NCBI GenBank assembly: GCA_023457355.1
Contig: JAEWLW010000054.1
Location: 28,420-92,419 of the forward strand
Length of the DNA: 64,000 nucleotides
Source of the DNA: Bacillota bacterium
GTDB lineage: Bacteria; Bacillota; Clostridia; Oscillospirales; Ruminococcaceae
Reading direction: 5' to 3'
The number at the start of each line of letters is the position of its first letter. Positions within the stretch are counted from its first letter, which is position 1. This document shows positions 58,901 through 64,000 of the stretch, in pieces. The position numbers and the translations under genes were made by a program. The notes under the pieces are model-generated. The model saw only the letters and a program-made list of their open reading frames with translations, was not told the DNA's origin and ran no database searches.

Positions 58901-60219
58901 TCAATAATCCGCTCATTGGCGGCGGAAAGGCCGGTCGTCTCAAGGTCGAAGACGATCATCTCGCCGTCGATGGGCTGGTCGCCCGCCCCTGTGACAGCGG
59001 GAATCTGGTCGTTGACGAGATACCCTTCGACGCCGTATAGAATTTTGATGGGCTTGCCCGACTTGGTCATCTTCTGGGCCGCTGCTGCGGCGTCAGGGTA
59101 CGCCTGCACCACGCCGTGGTCGGTGATGGCAATGGCCGGGTGCCCAAAGTTTGCGGCGGCAGTGACGAGGTCGGTAGCCGAAACAAGGCCGTCCATCGCC
59201 GACATTTTGGTATGGGCGTGCAGCTCCACGCGCTTTTCTTCGCAGGTATCCTGCCGCGTAATTTTTTTCACCCTGCCAATATGGTACGCCCGGATGTTCA
59301 CTTCACGGTCGTATTTATCAAACGAGGCGTCGCCCTGCACCACAATGGTATCCCCCACTCTGATGCGTTCCAATGGGGCAACCTCCTGCATATCCATCAG
59401 CATTTTAATCATGTTTGAACCGGCATAATCGGTGATAAAGATGCTGAATATGCGGCGCGAACCGTCGCGGGTATCGCGCGTTTCTATTTTGAAGACGTCG
59501 CCCCAGACAGCGACGCGGCCGCTGCTTTCGTTGACTTCGTTGAGCGGCGTCAGTGCGCCCTTAATCGGCTTGCCGTAAATAAGCTCCATCGAGTCCTCAA
59601 CAAACGGCAAATTCTTTGTCTGAAACGAAAGCTTATGCAGCTGCGGCCCCTGCGGTTTTGACACCTTCGCCAATTTGATCTCCTGCTCAATCTGCATCAA
59701 CACGGGGTTGGAATCGGTCAGTTCCACCTCACCGGCCAGCTGAATATCACATTCCAGCCTGAACTGATCAAAAACCAGCGCCTGAAGCTTATCCACAAAG
59801 CCCATTTCCTCCAGCTGACGCCCGCCGCCATTTTTAAGCGCGATTCTGAACAGCTTATCCTGCAGGCGAAACGAAGCGGCACTGCCTTCTAAAAATCCGT
59901 TAACCGGTACCCCTTCGCGCCGCAACTCATTAAGCAGGACATCAAAGTAGTCCTCCGTTGGCAAGAGCCCATGATAACGCGGTAAAAGGCGCGCCTGCGA
60001 AAGCGAAAGGCGGCTTTCCAGGCTGCGCTCTAAAAAGCGAAGCTCGTCCCACAGCAAAAGCCTTGCGCAAACCACCGCGATGGAAAGGGTTCTGGTTTTG
60101 GTGCTGATATGTATTTCTTCAACCTCTTTGAGGACTTGTGCAAGCTGCTGCTGCATGGTCAGGCCGCCGAACAGCGCGACAAATTCCTCAAAGCTCTGTT
60201 TCTTCATCCGATTTGGCAT
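55903..60219 (-). CDS. polC: DNA polymerase III PolC
   Basis: ELHAHT..DG PHP, DLETTG exonuclease, RGSVGSS, PDIDLNF, YMFPKAHA. Confidence 0.98.
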   Translation of the reverse strand: MPNRMKKQSFEEFVALFGGLTMQQQLAQVLKEVEEIHISTKTRTLSIAVVCARLLLWDELRFLERSLESRLSLSQARLLPRYHGLLPTEDYFDVLLNELRREGVPVNGFLEGSAASFRLQDKLFRIALKNGGGRQLEEMGFVDKLQALVFDQFRLECDIQLAGEVELTDSNPVLMQIEQEIKLAKVSKPQGPQLHKLSFQTKNLPFVEDSMELIYGKPIKGALTPLNEVNESSGRVAVWGDVFKIETRDTRDGSRRIFSIFITDYAGSNMIKMLMDMQEVAPLERIRVGDTIVVQGDASFDKYDREVNIRAYHIGRVKKITRQDTCEEKRVELHAHTKMSAMDGLVSATDLVTAAANFGHPAIAITDHGVVQAYPDAAAAAQKMTKSGKPIKILYGVEGYLVNDQIPAVTGAGDQPIDGEMIVFDLETTGLSAANERIIEIGAIKIKNGEIIGEFDIFVDPQQTLSPEIVKLTHITDEMLAGAPDEAQALAQFYEFCGGDNAVLIAHNARFDTSFLKVAARRCGKPYNFTAVDTLILARAVYSELKSFKLGKLAEYLSVGEFQAHRACDDARALAQIFFKMVEKIKSNGAPETVRDLNTALESVDFKKVPSYHIIIFAENLTGLKNLYRLISESHVNNFYKTPRILKSNIIKWREGLILGSACEAGELFRAMLEGSQFSELCEIAKFYDFLEIQPIGNNEFLLRNGRCKSENELRDFNRTIVRVGEHLGLPVCATGDVHFLNPADAAFRAVLMAGQGFSDADNQAPLYLKTTDEMLEEFSYFGKQKAFELVVKNPAMIADRIETIKPIPDGTFPPSIEGSDEELERLCWERARRVYGDPVPELVATRLQKELDSIIKNGFSVMYITAQKLVAKSESLGYLVGSRGSVGSSFAATMSGISEVNPLPPHYACPKCQYSEFITDGSVGSGYDLPPRTCPKCGADCVRDGHDIPFETFLGFNGDKQPDIDLNFSGECQSSIHKYTEELFGASQVYKAGTISTIAEKTAYGYVKKYLSERNRIVHKAEEERLAIGCTDVKRTTGQHPGGMVVIPRGMDVTDFTPVQYPADKSDSGMMTTHFDFHSLHDTILKLDELGHDVPTMYKHLEDMTGVKIGDVPNGDPEVISLFTSPAALGVTEEQIDCNTGSLALPEMGTNFVRQMLIEAQPKNFSDLLQISGLSHGTDVWLGNAQELIHNGTCTISQVIGTRDSIMVYLMHRGLDPGLAFKIMEITRKGKAAANLTPDMVKTMKAHDVPDWYIESCFKIKYMFPKAHAAAYVTSAVKLGWYKIHCPLEFYATYFTVRPEDFDAELALMGKGAIRNKIESLRSMGLERSAKDDNLMYVLSIVYEMLARGYSFLPVDLQHSAADRFTVEGKSLRLPFGALKGVGGTAAQGLYEAAQKGPFLSIDEFAEHAGVSKTVIESLKNLGAFGDLPETNQISLF

Positions 60220-61267
60220 GGGTCATCTCCTCTATCCTTTTAAGCAGCGCGGGCAACAGTTCCTCTTCGGACACCTTTTCGACAACTTGGCCCTTGACAA
60301 AGATCACGCCGCAACCGTCACCCCCCGCAACGCCGATATCGGCCTCTCGGGCCTCGCCCGGCCCGTTGACAACGCAGCCCATCACGGCGACTTTTAAATC
60401 GCAGGGGCAGTTTTGCAGGGCGTCCTCAACCCGGTGTGCCAGCGAGACAAGATCGATCCGGGTGCGCCCGCAGGTCGGGCAGGATACAAGCTGCACCCCG
60501 CTGCCCTTGCGCCCCAGCGCTTTTAGGATATCCCTGGCGGCGGCAATTTCCTGCACGGGGTCGGCCGTCAGCGAAACGCGGATGGTATCCCCGATGCCGT
60601 CCAAAAGCAGCGCGCCGATACCGATGGCGGATTTGAGCATCCCAATGCGTTCGGTGCCCGCCTCGGTCACACCCAGATGCAGCGGATAATCAAACCGCTG
60701 GGCCGCAAGGCGGTAGGCTTCAACCATCGTTTTTAAATCTGAGCTTTTCAGCGACAGAACATTATTATAAAAATCGGCCTGCTCCAGCATCGCCAGATGG
60801 TTGGTGGCGCTCTCGACCATCGCCTGTGCCGTGGGGCCGCCGTACTTTGCCAGCAGCGCCTTTTCAACCGAACCGGAATTGACCCCAACGCGAATGGGGA
60901 TATTGCGCGCGTTGCAGGCTTTTGCCACCGCTTTTACGCGATCTGCTCCACCGATGTTGCCCGGGTTGATGCGGATCTTATCCACGCCCGCTTCGGCGCA
61001 TTCCATCGCCAGTCGATAGTCAAAATGGATGTCGGCCACGACCGGCATCGACACCGCCTCTTTGAGCGCCGCAATCAGCCGGACAGCGTCTTTATCCGGC
61101 ACCGCCGCACGGATAATCTGGCAGCCCGCCGCTTCAAGCGCTTTGGCCTGCGCAACACTGTTTTCAATATCGTAAGAGGGACAATTGAGCATCGACTGTA
61201 TCGCAACCGGATATCCGCCGCCAATCGGCACCCTGCCCACCCACACGGTTTTTGTCTGTTTTCTCAT
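60188..61267 (-). CDS. ispG: HMBPP synthase
   Basis: VADIHF, RINPGN, HLGVTEAG, CPTCGR, MGCVVNGPGE. Confidence 0.97.
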   Translation of the reverse strand: MRKQTKTVWVGRVPIGGGYPVAIQSMLNCPSYDIENSVAQAKALEAAGCQIIRAAVPDKDAVRLIAALKEAVSMPVVADIHFDYRLAMECAEAGVDKIRINPGNIGGADRVKAVAKACNARNIPIRVGVNSGSVEKALLAKYGGPTAQAMVESATNHLAMLEQADFYNNVLSLKSSDLKTMVEAYRLAAQRFDYPLHLGVTEAGTERIGMLKSAIGIGALLLDGIGDTIRVSLTADPVQEIAAARDILKALGRKGSGVQLVSCPTCGRTRIDLVSLAHRVEDALQNCPCDLKVAVMGCVVNGPGEAREADIGVAGGDGCGVIFVKGQVVEKVSEEELLPALLKRIEEMTHAKSDEETEL

Positions 61268-61311
61268 ACGCGAAATCCTCATTTCATCTTGACGCTGATA
61301 CAAATCTCCGA

Positions 61312-61472
61312 TATAGTCATATCACTTGAAAACATGTACAGTATTGGCGAGAATATTTTGCGGCTGGCAAGGCGGAGGACGCTGGTGGGCTGGCGCCCGC
61401 CAAGGCCGACAACATAGCGAGATGCAAAATAGGCCGCCAAGGCTGTCTTGCTTTTTAAGTGGTATGACTATA
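61312..61472. mobile_element. MITE-like element, 161 bp
   Basis: 21 bp TIRs TATAGTCATATCACTTGAAAA / TTTTTAAGTGGTATGACTATA (19/21 match). Confidence 0.8.
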
Positions 61473-61671
61473 ATGGGGATCCGTATAAATTAAAATTGGC
61501 CGAACACCGTAACGCGATGCTCAGCCAATAGCTTCTTTTCTCTCACTAAAAAGCAGACATCTTTGCGGCCAGTTTTCCGCTCCGCTGCGTTTTCGTCATC
61601 GGACTTGCCAAGCAAAAAAATTCTCCCCGCAGACTTTGTCTGTCTTCTAGTGGAGAAACAGTAGAATCGTC

Positions 61672-62703
61672 CTATTGAAAAAGGCGAAAAATATCATTCC
61701 AGGTGACGTACAGCATCAACGTCAGCAGCAACCCTACGCTGATCATCATAATCCACTCCAGCACCCGCTGGTTTATTCTGTGGCCAAAGACGGCTTCAAG
61801 CACCGCAATCATGATTTTTCCGCCGTCCAGAATCGGAAACGGTACCAAATTAAAAACGCCGATATTAATCGCGATAAATGCGGCGATAAGCAGCAGATTA
61901 TCAAGGCCCATTTTGCTGGCCTGCCCGATGGCGCTGACCACCCCGACCGGTCCCGAAAGCTGGTTGACGGCATAACGCCCGGTCACCACATCTATGAGCG
62001 AGCCCCACACCTGCTTGATGATCGAAAGCCCCCAGTTAACCGGATAGGTCACATATTGCAGCGGCTCTGCCGGTACGGCGGCCACCTTAAAATCGAGGTC
62101 GATGGCCTGCACCCCTTCGCCAAGCTGTTCCATTTTAAACTGGATAGGCGGCAGCGTCAGCGTTTGGCCATCGCGCTGCACCGTCATCTCAATAAGGCCA
62201 TCGCGGTCGCGCAAGAATTCATAGGTGATATCGTTGGAGGTATGCACCCAATGCCCGTTGACCTTGGTGATTTTATCCCCGACCTGCAACTGCTGGGAAC
62301 TGACGGCGCCATCGTTGAACAGCGCTACGCGCGTGGTACCCACATAGCCGGTCATGATGGTCAGCACCACTAAAATCAGATAACCCATAATTAAATTGTT
62401 CAGAGACCCCGCCAGCAAAATGGCCACCCGGTGCAGCAGCGGCTTATTGGAAAAAGAGCCCGGGCCGTCGGCCGGCTCATCCTCGCCTTCCATCATGACA
62501 TAGCCGCCCACCGGCAGCAGGCGCAACGAATAGAGCGTCCCGTTTTTTTCGCGTTTATAAATGGCGGGACCCATACCGATTGAAAACTCATGCACCGACA
62601 CACCCGTCCACTTTGCCACGGTAAAATGCCCTAACTCATGGAAGAAAATAATTGCGCCAAAAATCAGGATTGCTGCAACCGCCGTTGTAAGGCCACTACC
62701 CAA
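61672..62703 (-). CDS. rseP: RIP metalloprotease (site-2, PDZ)
   Basis: HELGH, FSIGMGP, NLVPFPILDGG. Confidence 0.95.
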   Translation of the reverse strand: MGSGLTTAVAAILIFGAIIFFHELGHFTVAKWTGVSVHEFSIGMGPAIYKREKNGTLYSLRLLPVGGYVMMEGEDEPADGPGSFSNKPLLHRVAILLAGSLNNLIMGYLILVVLTIMTGYVGTTRVALFNDGAVSSQQLQVGDKITKVNGHWVHTSNDITYEFLRDRDGLIEMTVQRDGQTLTLPPIQFKMEQLGEGVQAIDLDFKVAAVPAEPLQYVTYPVNWGLSIIKQVWGSLIDVVTGRYAVNQLSGPVGVVSAIGQASKMGLDNLLLIAAFIAINIGVFNLVPFPILDGGKIMIAVLEAVFGHRINQRVLEWIMMISVGLLLTLMLYVTWNDIFRLFQ

Positions 62704-62733
62704 AACATCTCACACGCCCTTCTGTAACTCTAG

Positions 62734-63873
62734 CTAAACGCTTTGCCGCACCAGTTCACGCGCGGCAGAATCTATTTCGTAAACCTGTTCCAAATTATAT
62801 TCCTGAGCGCCACACGGCAATGACAGCGCTTTTTGAACCAATTCGCCAATTTCTAAAAAGCCGATCTTCTCCTGTAAAAACAATGCGACGGCCTCTTCGT
62901 TGGCTCCATTGACAGCGCAGGGGTACAGCCCCCCCAGCGCCGCCGCCTTTTGCGCGGCGGCCAGGCACAAAAACGTCTCGGGGTCGGCATGCTCAAAGGT
63001 AAGCGCGCCAATCTCAAACAGCGACAACCCTTGGCTGACGCCCGGCAGGCGGTCGGGATAGGTGATCGCATATTGTATGGGCGTGCGCATATCGGCCGTG
63101 CCCAGCTGCGCTATGACGCTGCCGTCACAGAATTCCACCGCGGAATGCAAAATACTCTGCCGATGTACATGAATATCCACCTGATTTGCCGCAACATCAA
63201 ACAGATGAATGGCTTCAATCAGCTCCAGCCCCTTGTTCATCAGTGTGGCTGAATCAATTGAGATTTTCCGCCCCATCTGCCAGTTCGGGTGCTTTAACGC
63301 CTGCGCGGGCGTCACATGGCGCAGCGCATCCCGGCTCTTCCCAAAAAACGGGCCGCCGGAAGCCGTCAATATGATCTTATTTATTCTATCACGATTTTCG
63401 CCGTTTAAGCACTGAAAAATTGCCGAATGCTCACTATCCACCGGAATAATTGAGACATTGTTGCGTTTGGCAGTTGTCATCACCAATTCGCCCGCGGTGA
63501 CAAGCGATTCTTTATTGGCGAGTGCCAGCGTGTTTTGGGCCTGCAAACAGGCCATGGTCGCGCCAAGCCCCGCAATGCCCACCACGGCATTCAGTACAAG
63601 CCCCACGGGCTGTGCGGCCAGCGCGGCCACCGCCTCCGCCCCGGCTGTCACGACGATATCGGTATCGGCCAGCGCGGTTTTTAAGGTTTTATACAGCGCA
63701 GCTTCGCCAATTGCAACACAGCGAGGGTGGAATGCCCTCGCCTGCTGCGTTAAAAGCGCTACATTTTGATGGGCCGACAGCCCATACACCTGCATGTTTA
63801 AATTTTTAGCCACATCCAGGGCCTGGGTACCGATGGAACCGGTGGACCCCAGAATGGTCAGCTGTTTAGTCAA
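62734..63873 (-). CDS. dxr: DXP reductoisomerase
   Basis: LGSTGSIG, LANKES, PVDSEHSA, HPNW.MG, NKGLE. Confidence 0.98.
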   Translation of the reverse strand: MTKQLTILGSTGSIGTQALDVAKNLNMQVYGLSAHQNVALLTQQARAFHPRCVAIGEAALYKTLKTALADTDIVVTAGAEAVAALAAQPVGLVLNAVVGIAGLGATMACLQAQNTLALANKESLVTAGELVMTTAKRNNVSIIPVDSEHSAIFQCLNGENRDRINKIILTASGGPFFGKSRDALRHVTPAQALKHPNWQMGRKISIDSATLMNKGLELIEAIHLFDVAANQVDIHVHRQSILHSAVEFCDGSVIAQLGTADMRTPIQYAITYPDRLPGVSQGLSLFEIGALTFEHADPETFLCLAAAQKAAALGGLYPCAVNGANEEAVALFLQEKIGFLEIGELVQKALSLPCGAQEYNLEQVYEIDSAARELVRQSV

Positions 63874-63883
63874 ATTATACGCC

Positions 63884-64000
63884 TCATTTCACGACAATCA
63901 GGGGAACATATAAAAACAGATTGTAAACAAAGGGCGCCACCAGCAGCACGCTGTCAAAGCGGTCGAGCACGCCGCCGTGTCCCGGCATAATATTGCCAAA
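63884..64000 (-). CDS. cdsA: Phosphatidate cytidylyltransferase, C-terminus (partial)
   Basis: FGNIMPGHGGVLDRFDS. Confidence 0.93.
   Translation of the reverse strand, partial: FGNIMPGHGGVLDRFDSVLLVAPFVYNLFLYVPLIVVK

Noticed and set aside
55903..60219. Intein or insertion in polC
   Set aside because: Length (1438 aa) and motif order are normal for PolC.

Overview
Mostly core chromosome of a spore-forming clostridial Firmicute (gene order and content suggest Oscillospiraceae/Ruminococcaceae; inference). Almost all genes are on the - strand. In order: end of pyk; an FCD-domain regulator facing a nine-gene operon that interleaves asd, an aspartokinase and dapA with a sodium:solute symporter and a multi-subunit flavin/Fe-S amine dehydrogenase; small membrane genes; T-box-controlled tyrS; the conserved spoIIIAA-AH / asp23 / nusB / xseAB / ispA / dxs / tlyA / nadK / argR / recN block; GT8, a secreted zinc peptidase, ppnP, aguAB; an accessory region (about 36.7-42.7 kb); ptb-buk, radC, an RluA-family gene; the his operon (no hisE); polC, ispG, rseP, dxr and the end of cdsA. 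The accessory region holds a 4.3 kb element integrated in tRNA-Ser(GGA) (tyrosine integrase, Xis, HUH rolling-circle Rep, HTH repressor, DUF2971-like cargo). Its distal att copy is cut by an IS21 remnant, and next to it lies a possible filamentous-phage coat-gene relic. The intergenic DNA carries a dispersed family of about 105 bp palindromic repeats (four loci) and MITE-like elements. Top candidates for a new system: the asd/ask/dapA plus amine-dehydrogenase operon, and the possibly locked-in tRNA-Ser rolling-circle element. All calls come from reading motifs by eye; no searches were run.
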